Source: Candidatus Poribacteria bacterium
GTDB taxonomy: Bacteria > Poribacteria > WGA-4E > WGA-3G
Reading direction: 5' to 3'
Assembly (NCBI GenBank): GCA_965242965.1
Contig: OZ251518.1
Location: 4,096,001 to 4,160,000, forward strand
Length of the DNA stretch: 64,000 bases
Below, piece by piece: positions 27,310-38,227 of the stretch. Positions within the stretch are counted from its first letter, which is position 1, and the number at the start of each line of letters is the position of its first letter. A program made the translations under genes and the position numbers. The notes below the pieces were generated by a model. That model was not told where the DNA came from, did not search any database, and worked only from the letters and a program-made list of their open reading frames with translations.

Positions 27310-28155
27310 ATGAAAGCGAAATTCACGTTTTTGGCAATCGCTCTCGTTGTGCTGCTGTGCCTCCCCACGGCGGTGCTCGCGCAACAGACGATAGAACTTC
27401 CACCAAACGCGGTAAATGGCGGCGGAAAACTTGTCTTGGACTCCCCCACGCGGTTGGGGATAACTCCTACAGCGTTGCAGGAAATCTCGGCGGCTCTCGC
27501 CAGGAGCGCGACGATTGAGTTGCTGAAACCCGCAGATTCTACTGCGCAGCCGAAAGACCTGGTTATCACCAAGGTCAGTTGGGAACGCGAGATGCGTACA
27601 GAATTCCACGAACTTATAGTTGGCGACTCTGAGCACCGAGTGTCGTATATTATCAAGGGACAACCGGAACCGATTCTAATTGTGCTTCACAACACGACGA
27701 AGAGTCGCATCGATTTGCAGGGCTGGCAGCTGCGGGTAACGCCCGATGCTATTCCTGATGAAACCGATAGGGTTATTGACAGGATGAGCAGCGTTGACAT
27801 TGAGTTTGCGCCAAGTTTCTGGTTGGAGGTCTCTGATGAAACCCTGGCAGAAGGACTTACGCAAGACACCGTCCTAGTGCCGCATAAATTTTCAATCTCG
27901 CGCGAGATAGACTACGCGCGCATCAACGACCCGGGTAAGACGCGGACAGAGCAGTTACGCGGTATCCCGGATGGCATCGATGCTGAGAGTTGGAAAGCCA
28001 GTTCGGGATTTGAAGCCGAAATGGTTGAGATGCACAACGGGCTCGTGAATGGCTGGATCGAGTTGCGCAGTGCTAACGATGAACCGATTGACTTCAAAAA
28101 GTGGATCCGGGTGGTGCGGCCTAAGGCAGATGGAACGTTCATTGAAGATCGTTAG
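27310..28155 (+). CDS. Secreted hypothetical protein with lamin-tail-domain-like motifs
   Basis: Signal peptide (AVLA-Q); IVLHNTT...IDLQGWQL and WIELRSA.DEPIDF resemble LTD motifs; SD AAGGAG. Confidence 0.65.
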   Translation: MKAKFTFLAIALVVLLCLPTAVLAQQTIELPPNAVNGGGKLVLDSPTRLGITPTALQEISAALARSATIELLKPADSTAQPKDLVITKVSWEREMRTEFHELIVGDSEHRVSYIIKGQPEPILIVLHNTTKSRIDLQGWQLRVTPDAIPDETDRVIDRMSSVDIEFAPSFWLEVSDETLAEGLTQDTVLVPHKFSISREIDYARINDPGKTRTEQLRGIPDGIDAESWKASSGFEAEMVEMHNGLVNGWIELRSANDEPIDFKKWIRVVRPKADGTFIEDR

Positions 28156-28159
28156 TTAT

Positions 28160-28400
28160 GCGAGGGACAGGTCCCTTTATACCGTAGGCGCGGGCCTGTC
28201 CCGCGCCATTGCCCGATTTACCGTAGGGCGCGGGCCTGTCCCGCGCCATGCATTTGGCTGGCAGACCGCCTCACCCCTGTAAGTCAGGATCGCCTGATCC
28301 TGACCCGATCGGGAGCAGGCGCTCCCGAACTACAGATTTATACCGTCACCAACGTTTCCGCGCTGGTCGTGCGATCGCGAGGGACAGGCCCTCGCGCTAC
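28160..28400. repeat. REP cluster with compensated variants
   Basis: GTAGGGCGCGGGCCTGTCCCGCGCC variant, E-type doublet and B variant. Confidence 0.9.
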
Positions 28401-28456
28401 GAAACACGGGCGTTTCCGCGCCCATCGCGCATTCGCGAGGGTCCGTTTTTCCAACC

Positions 28457-29539
28457 CTACGTCAAATCTAACACACTCCGCGCGACTTCCCCTCTCCCCA
28501 ATGCCTCAAACGCATCGTTAATCCCCTCCAGCGGATAGGTGCGCGTGACAAGCTCATCTAACTTAAGATGTCCGGCTTGATAGAGGGATACCAAACGCGG
28601 GAAATCGACATGCGGACGCGCCGTGCCATACATCGAACCGATAACCGTCTTCTCTGCCATCAGCATCCGCGCATCGAAATCGACAGGCGTGTTCTCTGGC
28701 GCATGCCCGACGAAGACTGTCACGCCGCGGCTGCGCGTGCAGAGAATAGCTTGACGGAACGTCTCGCCGATTAACCCGATTGCCTCAAACGCGTAATGCA
28801 CACCACGTCCATCGGTAATGTCACGAATCTTTTCGACCGGGGATACTTCCGCGGCGTTCACGGTATGCGTCGCACCGAACTGCTTGCCCAATGCCAGTTT
28901 GTTGTCCAGCACATCAACGGCAATGAGCGGGTCCGCGCCTGACAGGCTCGCGCCTTGAATGCAATTAAGCCCAACACCGCCGCAGCCGAACACCGCCACT
29001 GAACTTCCCGGCTCAACCTGCGCGGTATTAATCGCCGCGCCGACACCTGTCATCACGCCGCAGCCGATGAGCGCGGCTTGCCGGAACGGCATCGCTTTAT
29101 CAATCGGCACAACTGCGTCTTGCGGCACCAAAGTCTCGGTGCTAAACGTGCCCAACCCCGCCATCTTGTCGATCTCGCCGCCATCTGCTTGCTTGGCTGG
29201 GCGGCCGGAGTTATCGGAAGGTAACGCGCACAGATTCGGGAACCCCTTCTGGCACATCTCACAGAACCCGCAGTTCCGCTTCCACGAGAGGATAACGTGG
29301 TCCCCGACTTGGACTTGCGTGACTTCACTCCCGATTTCTTCGACAATGCCCGCGCCTTCATGCCCCAAGATAAGCGGGAGGCCGACGTGCGGCCATTCGC
29401 CTTTGACGATGTGCCAATCGGAATGGCAGACACCGCTGGCCACCAAGCGCACGCGCACCTGATTCGCACCCGTATCGGGTAAGTCAAACTCTTCGATTTT
29501 CAAGTGTGTCTCAATGTCATACAACACAGCGGCTTTCAT
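28457..29539 (-). CDS. Zn-dependent alcohol dehydrogenase (MDR family)
   Basis: GVCHSD, GHEGAG, CGFCEMC...C structural Zn site, GCGVMTG, GCGGVG NAD-binding motif. Confidence 0.95.
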   Translation of the reverse strand: MKAAVLYDIETHLKIEEFDLPDTGANQVRVRLVASGVCHSDWHIVKGEWPHVGLPLILGHEGAGIVEEIGSEVTQVQVGDHVILSWKRNCGFCEMCQKGFPNLCALPSDNSGRPAKQADGGEIDKMAGLGTFSTETLVPQDAVVPIDKAMPFRQAALIGCGVMTGVGAAINTAQVEPGSSVAVFGCGGVGLNCIQGASLSGADPLIAVDVLDNKLALGKQFGATHTVNAAEVSPVEKIRDITDGRGVHYAFEAIGLIGETFRQAILCTRSRGVTVFVGHAPENTPVDFDARMLMAEKTVIGSMYGTARPHVDFPRLVSLYQAGHLKLDELVTRTYPLEGINDAFEALGRGEVARSVLDLT

Positions 29540-29597
29540 GATTTTCCTCCATTTCGGAATGGCTTGGGGGTATTATACCAAATTTGGAAAAATAAAT

Positions 29598-29626
29598 TTG
29601 ACAAATTTGGTGAAAAATGGTATTAT
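29598..29626 (+). promoter_or_regulatory. Near-consensus sigma70 promoter
   Basis: TTGACA-N17-TATTAT with extended TG. Confidence 0.65.
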
Positions 29627-29649
29627 TTTAATAGATTATGAATTTTTAA

Positions 29650-30140
29650 GCGCGGGGGCCTGTCCTCCGCGATAAAACGCCCATGGCCCGTAGCGCGGGG
29701 GCCTGTCCCCCGCGATCGTTGGAGTGCGCGGGCATGAACGATGGCGAGGGACAGGCCCCTCGCCCTACGGTAAAACAGGCCGTCCCGGATACCGTAGCGC
29801 GGGGGCCTGTCCCCCGCGATCGTCATCGTCACGAGGCATCGTTTTAGGTCCTACGGACCTAAGAACCGTTTTTAATCGTAGCGCGGGGGCCTGTCCCCCG
29901 CGATCGTTGGAGTGCACGGAGGATGGAGAGGGACAGGCCCTCACGCTACGGGCCACGCGGAGATCGAGAGATCGCGAGGGACAGGCCCTCGCGCTACGGA
30001 GCCCGAGGACGATTTCTTACGCCGAAAACGTAGTTCGGGAGCGCCTGCTCCCGAACGGATCAAGAGCAGGCGCTCTTGAACTACAGATGCTACGGGCATT
30101 TTATATCAATGCAACGCGAGGGACAGGCCCTCGCGCTACG
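29650..30140. repeat. REP cluster between promoter and LRR gene
   Basis: Multiple A/B/E hairpins and one AGGTCCTACGGACCT unit. Confidence 0.95.
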
Positions 30141-30200
30141 AAACGCGAAAACGATTTCTGTTGGATAACCCACTCGTGAATACGAGATAGGAGATACACT

Positions 30201-33200
30201 ATGAAGATCCGAATTGCTATTGACGCTGCTATGAAACACGCCGCGCGCATACCGGTTGCCGCCTTGCAGGCTAGCCGCGAGGCAGTCAGTCGACTTAACC
30301 CCCCCTTTACTCTATACACGTTAACCCCAAACCCCACAAGGCAACATCGGCGTTCTTCCGGAGATTCCGTCCATGAACGCCGGACTGCCGTCAACATCCG
30401 CTTACCCGGTAACGTCGGCGTTCTTCTGGCGTTGGCGGTAATTGCGTTCTCCTGTTGCTGGATCCCTGTGGCTTCCGCAGATATGCATGATGACGGCGAA
30501 CCAGTGGATATCCCAGATCCTGTTTTAAAAAAGTGGGTGCTGGACCGGCCCAACGTTAATCCGGATAATCTTCCGTCGTATAATATCACGCGAGGAGACA
30601 TCAGGAGCTTAGAAACTCCGGAGAGTTGGCTACCAGATGAAACCATACTACGGATTCGTGTGGCGGCTGGTGCACCTGCAAACGAGCGTATCAAGGACTT
30701 AACCGGGCTAGAATACGCGACACAGGTGACCGCATTATGGCTCCATTATCATGCCGTTAGCGACCTCTCGCCTATTGAAGGTCTGACAGGTTTGAGGCGT
30801 TTAGCTCTCAGTGGTAATGAGATTCGCGACCTCACACCGCTCCGAAACCTGACAAATTTGACGACTTTAGAGCTCGCTGGTAATGATATTCGCGACCTCT
30901 CGCCGCTCCGAAACCTGACAAATTTGACGACTTTATATGTCGACGAGAATGATATTCGCGACACCTCGCCGCTTGGAACACTGACAAGTTTAACCACGTT
31001 ACACCTCAATGATAATGAAAATCTTGGTGCGAACCTTGCTGGACTCAGAAATCTGACGAATCTGAAATCCTTATGGATGCTATCTATCAACGCACGTGAC
31101 ATTCAGCCGCTTAAAGGGCTGACGAAGTTGGACACCCTCATGGCCTATAATAACCAAATCCGAGATCTCTCACCGCTCAGCGGCTTGAAAAATCTGAGGA
31201 CTTTGAACATTGCGGCTAATGGCATTCGTGATATTTCGCCGCTCACGGAGTTGACGTTCGAGAGTCTATACTTCAAAGGGGACTCAGATGAGCCCCACCA
31301 TCGTAGCAAGTTACTGAGTTACCCATCACTCTACACGTATCTTCCCATCATTCTAACTAACAATCCGGGGCTACAGGCACCACATCCTTTCCGGCCCCCT
31401 AACTATCGCGTTCCGACAACCCTAGTAAGCGTCTCTGACGAGAGTCACACCGTTGGGCTTGACGAGTCGCTGCAGCTCGTCGTGAAGGTGCTTGATGAAA
31501 ACAGCATACGGTTCGCGGGGGTGCCGGTGGTGTTCGCGTTGACAGAGGGAGAGGGAACTTTGGAACCAACGGAGGGAGCGGCACTGGATCCGACATACAA
31601 CCTCCGGTACGATGAGGAAGGGGAGGCGACTACGACCTTTACGCCGGGGAGCCGTCTTGGACAGCACATCGTGGTGGCAACGGTAACCCACGAGGAGACA
31701 ACGCTTGAAGTGGTCTTCACCATCAACGTGTTGCCCGGTGCCTCCCCTCCCGATGCGCCGATGTTATCCACAACAGGTCCCGCCTTGCCGACAAGTTTGC
31801 AGGTGAGTTGGGCTGCGCCGGTGTATGCTGTCGAAGGCTATGAGTTCCGCTATCGCATCGAAGGCAGCGAGGCATGGATAGATGCTGTCGTTGAGGGGAC
31901 AGAGACAAGTGCCACGCTCAGCGATTTAATCCCCGGCACCACTTATGAGTGGCAAGTGCGGGCGCAGACAAGCGTTGGTCCCGGCCCCTGGTCGGCGGTT
32001 AATCGCGGCACCACGGGATATGTGTTGCTCCAGACGCGGGAGCTCGCGCCATCGCCTGTCGCCTTGGACCGCCTCGTGTTTAACGAATTGCGCAACGCAA
32101 CAGACGATAAACAGGATTGGCTAGAGGTGAAAAATATCAGCGGCGCGGACATGTCGCTCGCCGACTGGGAGATAAGCATTGTGGCATCGGCGGGACAGGA
32201 TGTGGACATCGTTGCGTTTCCCGACTACACACTGCCGGCGGGGGAGGTCTTGCTCATCGTCAACACGGACCCGGGCGAGACGGACCTGGCGAGTGGCGTG
32301 AACATTGCGACAGGGGTTGGCAAGAAAGGCGCGAAGCACCGGTATCTCGTCTCGGGCAATCTGAAGTTCCCGCAGACATCCTATCTGTTGCTGTTGCGGA
32401 GTGCCACAGATAAAAACGGCACTTCGGCAGCAGTGGAGGATGTGGCGGGGAATTACTTCCGCGCAACGGGAGATTTCTTGTATGGTGCGGGGACGCAAGT
32501 GTGGCCGTTGCAGGATACCGAGCGTCCGTCTTCCGCCGATGCCGCGCCGTTGACAGCGGGTGAAGCTTGGGCGCGGGTTTCAACGGATAAGCGTGGTTAC
32601 CTTGCTGCGGCTTGGAGTCAGCGTGGGTATCAAGCCGGGCTTGGGTATAAACGCGGCGCAGATGCCGCGACGAGTCTCGGCACCCCAGGATATGCAAATA
32701 CGGCTGTCACTGGGGAGGCACCGAGCGGGCGCGTCAGTATCAGCGAGTTGATGTTTGCGAAAAAAGCCGGGCGGCGGACGGTGCCGCAGTGGATAGAGCT
32801 CTACAATAATTCCATGACGGAGGCAGTGAAGTTAGAAGGCTGGCAGTTGGAGGTAGAATACCTGAGCGAGGAAGCCGCGCGTCGGCATCGGTTCGATGCC
32901 GTTTCGCTCACGCCGCTCACGGTGTTGCCAAATCAGACGGTGTTGCTGGTGACATGGCGAGGTGAGACTTCGGGGCATTTTCCTGAGGAGCGCGTCTATA
33001 ACCTTTACTTTGAGCATCCGGCGGCGTTCAACCAACGCGAACGGCGGCACGATGTATTGAATCCGTTGGGGTTCTCGATTCGGCTGTTGGATGCATCAGG
33101 GACGCTTGTGGACAACGTCGGCAATTTAGATGGCGTGGCTCGGACGCAGGATGCGCCCGCGTGGGAAGTGCCGTCAAGTGTGACACCTGATGGGACGCGG

Positions 33201-33710
33201 GTGTCGCTCATCCGCAGGTATGAAGACAGCGCGCCGCTGCCGGGCACCGAGGCAGACAGTTGGGTAAGCGCATCGAACGTGAAACTCGCAGTGTCCACCT
33301 ATTATGGATGGGAGTCAGACATCGGGACACCTGGGTATCGGGACGGCGGTCCGTTGCCGGTGGTGTTGTCGCAATTCCAGTCGGTTCGGACAGATGCGGG
33401 GGTTGTGATTCGTTGGACAACCGAGTCGTCGGTGGACAATGCGGGGTTCAACCTGCTGCGCGGAACGAGTTTGCAAGGGCCGTTTACAAAGATTAATCCT
33501 GCCTTAATCGCGGGTGCAGGGACGACAGGTGAGGAGCGGGTTTATACGTTTACAGATGCGACTGCGGAGCCGGGTGTTGTCTACTATTATCGTCTGGAGG
33601 AGGTGTCGCTGGGTGGTGCGCGTCAGCAGTTAGCGACGGTGCGGTTGCGTGGCCAGGTGTCGGCGCGTGGGAAATTGACGAAGCGGTGGAGTGAGTTGAA
33701 ATCGCAGTAG
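30201..33710 (+). CDS. Large surface protein: internalin-like LRRs, Ig-like, FN3, two lamin-tail-like domains, conserved C-terminal tail
   Basis: VDIPDPVL cap; N.IRDL.PL.NLTNL 22-aa LRRs; GVPVVF Ig-like segment; W.AP...L.PGTTYEWQVRA FN3; FNELRN/ISELMF...WIELYN LTD; ends VSARGKLTKRWSELKSQ. SD AGGAG. Confidence 0.85.
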   Translation: MKIRIAIDAAMKHAARIPVAALQASREAVSRLNPPFTLYTLTPNPTRQHRRSSGDSVHERRTAVNIRLPGNVGVLLALAVIAFSCCWIPVASADMHDDGEPVDIPDPVLKKWVLDRPNVNPDNLPSYNITRGDIRSLETPESWLPDETILRIRVAAGAPANERIKDLTGLEYATQVTALWLHYHAVSDLSPIEGLTGLRRLALSGNEIRDLTPLRNLTNLTTLELAGNDIRDLSPLRNLTNLTTLYVDENDIRDTSPLGTLTSLTTLHLNDNENLGANLAGLRNLTNLKSLWMLSINARDIQPLKGLTKLDTLMAYNNQIRDLSPLSGLKNLRTLNIAANGIRDISPLTELTFESLYFKGDSDEPHHRSKLLSYPSLYTYLPIILTNNPGLQAPHPFRPPNYRVPTTLVSVSDESHTVGLDESLQLVVKVLDENSIRFAGVPVVFALTEGEGTLEPTEGAALDPTYNLRYDEEGEATTTFTPGSRLGQHIVVATVTHEETTLEVVFTINVLPGASPPDAPMLSTTGPALPTSLQVSWAAPVYAVEGYEFRYRIEGSEAWIDAVVEGTETSATLSDLIPGTTYEWQVRAQTSVGPGPWSAVNRGTTGYVLLQTRELAPSPVALDRLVFNELRNATDDKQDWLEVKNISGADMSLADWEISIVASAGQDVDIVAFPDYTLPAGEVLLIVNTDPGETDLASGVNIATGVGKKGAKHRYLVSGNLKFPQTSYLLLLRSATDKNGTSAAVEDVAGNYFRATGDFLYGAGTQVWPLQDTERPSSADAAPLTAGEAWARVSTDKRGYLAAAWSQRGYQAGLGYKRGADAATSLGTPGYANTAVTGEAPSGRVSISELMFAKKAGRRTVPQWIELYNNSMTEAVKLEGWQLEVEYLSEEAARRHRFDAVSLTPLTVLPNQTVLLVTWRGETSGHFPEERVYNLYFEHPAAFNQRERRHDVLNPLGFSIRLLDASGTLVDNVGNLDGVARTQDAPAWEVPSSVTPDGTRVSLIRRYEDSAPLPGTEADSWVSASNVKLAVSTYYGWESDIGTPGYRDGGPLPVVLSQFQSVRTDAGVVIRWTTESSVDNAGFNLLRGTSLQGPFTKINPALIAGAGTTGEERVYTFTDATAEPGVVYYYRLEEVSLGGARQQLATVRLRGQVSARGKLTKRWSELKSQ

Positions 33711-33729
33711 GTTAAAAAACGGCCCCCTT

Positions 33730-34135
33730 CACCGTAGGGCGAGGGCCTGTCCCTCGCCATGCCATCGGGCGCGCGTTATCTTGACCCGTTCGGGAGCAGG
33801 CGCTCCCGAACTACAGAGCTTGAGCGCGCGTCCCATCTGTAGTTCAGGAGCACCTGCTCCTGAACTGTTTGGGATCAGATGTCTTCCCCGTAGGAGAGAC
33901 CTCCCGGTCTCGATGCAATACTTATCGGGACAAGGATGTCCCTCCTACCTGTCCCGCGCCAGCGTTGAGTATCGCCAGCGATCGCGGGGGACAGGCCCCC
34001 GCGCTACGGTGGAAATGACGTGTCTCCTTCTGTAGGTCAGGAGCGCCTGCTCCTGACTCGTTCGGGAGCGGGTGCTCCCGAACTACAGAGATGGGCCCGA
34101 GGCACTCCCGTAGGAGAGACCTCCCGGTCTCGATG
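33730..34135. repeat. Mixed A/B/C/D/E REP cluster
   Basis: All main hairpin families are present. Confidence 0.95.
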
Positions 34136-34162
34136 CATCCCGCCGAATAGATGCTTTTCTGG

Positions 34163-34191
34163 TTGACTTCCTTTATCAAAAATGGTAAAAT
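34163..34191 (+). promoter_or_regulatory. Sigma70-like promoter
   Basis: TTGACT-N17-TAAAAT with extended TG. Confidence 0.6.
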
Positions 34192-34212
34192 AAAAAAAGG
34201 AGGTTAATCACC

Positions 34213-34707
34213 ATGTTTCACCGTTCAATTATAAAACCAATCCTCGTTGGCATTACAATTCTTGCGCTGCTTTCGTGCGGCAGTGGGGAAATCCAAAATT
34301 TTGAAGGCATTCGTATCCAATCAGACCCGAGGGTGGACCGGATCGATCTTCGCATTTATCTCGTTGATAGAAACGGCACACCGCTCATCTGGAACCAGAG
34401 CATCCTCAGTCCAAGCGTAGGTGTCAGCACGATATCGGAGGCGGATTTTACGACGAACGCCAAGGTCTACTCCATTCGCAATGGGCAAAAACATCGGAAA
34501 GTTTACGATGGCCGCCTCATCGATCTTCGCTGGTCCCGAGAATTGAACAGGCTGGACAGACTCATGACAGCCGAGATTCCGCGCGCGTTGATTGCGGAAG
34601 ACCCCGAGCGGGACACCCCCTTAGGTATCGTCACCATTGAAGTTGAGACAGAAAAACAAGGTCCTTTTGCGGATACGCTGGAGCGGACCGAGATTTACAA
34701 GTATTGA
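34213..34707 (+). CDS. Hypothetical lipoprotein
   Basis: SD AGGAGG; lipobox LLSC. Confidence 0.75.
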   Translation: MFHRSIIKPILVGITILALLSCGSGEIQNFEGIRIQSDPRVDRIDLRIYLVDRNGTPLIWNQSILSPSVGVSTISEADFTTNAKVYSIRNGQKHRKVYDGRLIDLRWSRELNRLDRLMTAEIPRALIAEDPERDTPLGIVTIEVETEKQGPFADTLERTEIYKY

Positions 34708-34710
34708 CTT

Positions 34711-35580
34711 ATGCCCATCCATACACAAGACTACCGACATTGGGAAGGCACGCTGAAACCGCACAGCCCCATGCGCTGGTGGGTAATCACGAAGGCGGAA
34801 CTGAAGCTGCTCGCTCAGCGGAAACTCGTCCGGCTCATCGTCGCAATTCCCCCGGCGGTTTACATGCTAGCCCACGCCATGCTCATCTATCTCAGCGATT
34901 ATCTGCCGGAAGACGCGATGCCGTTTTTGATAGACAAGGCGTTTTTTCACCGCTTCTTCTTCAGTTTCCGCTTTGTGTTCCTATCCGGGTTCCTCATCGC
35001 CCTGGTGACGATTTTCAGCGGTTCAGGCCTCATCGCCACCGATTTGAAGAACAACGCGCTGTCTCTCTATCTATCCAAACCGATTTCGTGGGTAGATTAC
35101 CTCATCGGGAAATTTGCCGTCGTCGGCATCCTGCTCGGCTGCACGCTCCTGATTCCCGGATTGCTCCTCTTTCTGGAGCATGTGCTGTTAACCGACACCA
35201 ATTTCTTCCAAAAACACTATTGGATGCCGTTCTCCATGATTGCGTATTCAGCGATTATCATCACCTCGACGAGCCTGCTGATGTTGCTATTTTCATCGCT
35301 GACCTCAAACCCGCGTTACGCCACGATAGGTTTCTGTGCCGTTTGGTTTGGCTCAAATGCTGTTTTCGGCGTGCTCCAAGGAACTAAAATTGCACGGAGC
35401 AGCAAAGTAGCACTCGTTTCGATCTGGGCGAACTACGACAGACTCGGTGCCGCGCTGTTCGGGTTGCCCAATAACTACGATGTGCATTGGTTTTGGGCGT
35501 TGCTGATATTGGTGGTGTTGGCGGCGTTGTGTATCCTGGTCCTTCGGCATCGGATTCGTGCCGTTGAAATTGTGAAGTGA
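34711..35580 (+). CDS. ABC-2 type transporter permease
   Basis: Six TM segments; GSGLIATDLKNNALSLYLSKPISWVDYLIGK ABC-2 motif. Confidence 0.85.
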   Translation: MPIHTQDYRHWEGTLKPHSPMRWWVITKAELKLLAQRKLVRLIVAIPPAVYMLAHAMLIYLSDYLPEDAMPFLIDKAFFHRFFFSFRFVFLSGFLIALVTIFSGSGLIATDLKNNALSLYLSKPISWVDYLIGKFAVVGILLGCTLLIPGLLLFLEHVLLTDTNFFQKHYWMPFSMIAYSAIIITSTSLLMLLFSSLTSNPRYATIGFCAVWFGSNAVFGVLQGTKIARSSKVALVSIWANYDRLGAALFGLPNNYDVHWFWALLILVVLAALCILVLRHRIRAVEIVK

Positions 35581-35615
35581 AGATGTCTCTTGCCGAAATT
35601 AAAAGGAGGAGAAAA

Positions 35616-35915
35616 ATGAGATTTGACAAGTTGTCTTTCTCAGCAAGCTCCGTATCCCTATTACGTGTGATTTCAGCGTTAACTGTAGGGATACTGCTAC
35701 TTTCCATGTCTTTTTTTCCTGCCAGTGGGATAGGGGAAAGTAAGGGAAAAGCAGCGGCTGATATTGCGAAAGGTGTTGCCATCATAGCCGGGGGAATAGC
35801 GATCCTTGTCTCTTCTCCCGTTGTTGTTACGGTTTCAACTGTTGTGGCGTTGGTTGGCACTGCCTACGCGGCGGGATATTATGTTACGGATAAACTTTTG
35901 AGTTTTCCCCAGTAG
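35616..35915 (+). CDS. Small hydrophobic hypothetical protein
   Basis: SD AGGAG before ATG 35616; two hydrophobic stretches; AT-richer than neighbours; stop TAG overlaps a REP GTAG. Confidence 0.55.
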   Translation: MRFDKLSFSASSVSLLRVISALTVGILLLSMSFFPASGIGESKGKAAADIAKGVAIIAGGIAILVSSPVVVTVSTVVALVGTAYAAGYYVTDKLLSFPQ

Positions 35916-36177
35916 GAGAGACCTCCTAGTCTCGATGCGAGCGATGTTCCCGTAGGAGAGACCTCCTGGTCTTGATGTGGTGCGTATCGGGACAAGGATG
36001 TCCCTCCTACCGAAAGGCCTCGAGCCCACCTCTGTAGTTCGGGATCGCCTGATCCCGAACGGGTCAGGAGCAGGTGCTCCTGAACTACAGGGGGATGCGG
36101 TCTGCCAGCCAAACGCATGGCGAGGGACAGGCCCTCGCCCTACGGTGAGGGGGGCGTTTTTTCACCGTAGCGCGGGC
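35912..36177. repeat. REP cluster
   Basis: C, C, inverted D, E doublet, inverted A. Confidence 0.95.
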
Positions 36178-36208
36178 ACGTCCATTTTAACGGAGAAAGG
36201 AGAACCTG

Positions 36209-37447
36209 ATGCAAACGAAACGATTCGTCTATATCTTTATCGGGGTAGTCATCTTAACACTAGGGATTGCGTTTTGGCGCGTTACCCAAAACTCACCTTC
36301 ACCTGTTCAGAAGGTATTTCGGACGACGCACCCGAGCGATTTAACTAACGAGCCCCCGACACAAGCACCACACAGTTCAGAAGAGCCGGCACTTACAGAA
36401 GACGCGACCTCTCGGCACGCGGAGAGTATCGCGTTTACGAAATCCCTTCTTTCTGAGGAACAACTCGCAAATCCAGAGGTACGGCAGTTCTTCGAGCTGC
36501 TTGCGTCGGAGGAGTTTCAAGCATTTACAGCAACTCACCGGACCTTGGAGGAGCGATTAGAGTTTCTAGCAGACCGGGGTGCAGATGTGCCACGCAATCT
36601 GAACATGCTATTATTTCGCGAATCTTTCCCTACTGGGGAACCGGCGGATTTTGAACCGATGATGCGGCAGAAGTTGTTGCACATGCTTCAAGAGGCAGGC
36701 ATCGGCGGTCCCGAAGAAGTGCCAGCCGAGATTCTCGCGCTTCGCGCCAACCGCGACTTGATGCCAGAACTCACTCAGGTAGCCGCGCTATTAGAGGAAT
36801 ACGGACAAGAAGAGGGGCTCCGGCAGCTCTATGCGTCGGATCCGGCTTTGGCAAGAGGGGTTGAGTGGGGATTACAGCAAGAACGGGCACATAAAAAGAA
36901 GCGGGCTGTCATTCGGGCATTTTGGGATGAGGAGCGACATTTTCATTGGAAAATGGGCTACTTCAAGGGACAGTTTGCCGGGGAAGAGGGCTCCAGCGCG
37001 TGGGTTGATGAAGTGCTAGCGAGTTTAAGTCCCGCCGCGCCTGCTGTCCCGATGTTTGTTGAACCCACGGAAGTCGCGTCTCCACCGAAAAATGAGGGAC
37101 AAGTTGAAACCGTCGTTCCTGATATTTCAACTACGCCGCGGGAAAAACAGCATCTGCCACACAGCGACAGTCCAATTGTGCGGGAAGGGGAGACCCGGCC
37201 AACAAGCCCGGCGGCACCGGAGCAGGGCAAACGCTTGACCCCCGTCACGCCTACGACTTCTCTGCCAGCCGATGCCGATTTTGAAACGGTTCTTAGCGAA
37301 CGCTTTTCACCGGCGCGGTTGAATCGAGCCATGGCGGCGTTGAATCGCTATGGCCCTGAAGAAGGGGTTCGCCGTCTCAAAGCGTCAGATCCGGAGTTGG
37401 CGGTGCAGGTGGAACGCCTACTCCAGAAACAAGGGGAAGAAGATTAA
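36209..37447 (+). CDS. Hypothetical N-terminally anchored protein
   Basis: N-terminal TM, Pro/Glu linkers, internal repeated motif YG.EEG.R.L..SDP.LA..VE; SD AAGGAG. Confidence 0.75.
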   Translation: MQTKRFVYIFIGVVILTLGIAFWRVTQNSPSPVQKVFRTTHPSDLTNEPPTQAPHSSEEPALTEDATSRHAESIAFTKSLLSEEQLANPEVRQFFELLASEEFQAFTATHRTLEERLEFLADRGADVPRNLNMLLFRESFPTGEPADFEPMMRQKLLHMLQEAGIGGPEEVPAEILALRANRDLMPELTQVAALLEEYGQEEGLRQLYASDPALARGVEWGLQQERAHKKKRAVIRAFWDEERHFHWKMGYFKGQFAGEEGSSAWVDEVLASLSPAAPAVPMFVEPTEVASPPKNEGQVETVVPDISTTPREKQHLPHSDSPIVREGETRPTSPAAPEQGKRLTPVTPTTSLPADADFETVLSERFSPARLNRAMAALNRYGPEEGVRRLKASDPELAVQVERLLQKQGEED

Positions 37448-37449
37448 AT

Positions 37450-38127
37450 GAGGGTGTTTCATAACTCGTTCAACATCGCGGGGGATACCCGCTCGCCATA
37501 ATCCGCGCAATCCAACGTTCGCGGGGGAAACCCGCTCGGATGCGCGTGTGGCATCCGAGGGCCCCCGCGCTATGGTGAAAAAACGCCTCTCTTTCACGAA
37601 CGCCGCCCTTTCACGTAGGGCGAGGGCCTGTCCCTCGCCATCGTCGGCGCACTCCAACGATCGCGGGGGACAGGCCCCCGCGCTACGATAAAAAACGGTT
37701 CTTGAGCACTCGCGGGGGACAGGCCCCCGCGCTACGGGGAAAATGGTACGTTACCGTAGGGCGAGGGCCTGTCCCTCGCCATGCTGCGATCGCGGGGGAC
37801 AGGCCCCCGCGCTACGATAAAAAAACGCCCCCCCCTCACCGTAGGGCGAGGGCCTGTCCCTCGCCATCGTCCGCGCGCCCAGGCCCTGTAGGGCAGGAGC
37901 ACCTGAGCCTGACCCGTTCGGGTGCAGGCGCACCCGAGCTACAGAGGTGGGCCCGATGCCTGCCGGTAGGAGAGACCTCCCGGTCTCGATGCTCTCTTCG
38001 GTAGGAGATACCTCCTGGTCTCGATGAGATAAGGCGTGCGTTATCTTGACCTGTTCGGGTGCAGGCGCACCCGAGCTACAGAGGTGGGCCCGATGCCTGC
38101 CGGTAGGAGAGACCTCCCGGTCTCGAC
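37450..38127. repeat. REP cluster opened by a GAGGGTGTTTCATAA end
   Basis: TIR-type left end 2 nt after the stop codon; no clear right TIR. Confidence 0.9.
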
Positions 38128-38227
38128 ATTACCGCGACGAACGCAACACTGCAAATCGGTGGGCTTTTCAAAACCCTCCGCGTGATTTAGGTTGTAGGTT
38201 TCCTATAATGCCTAATGGAGGCACCAA

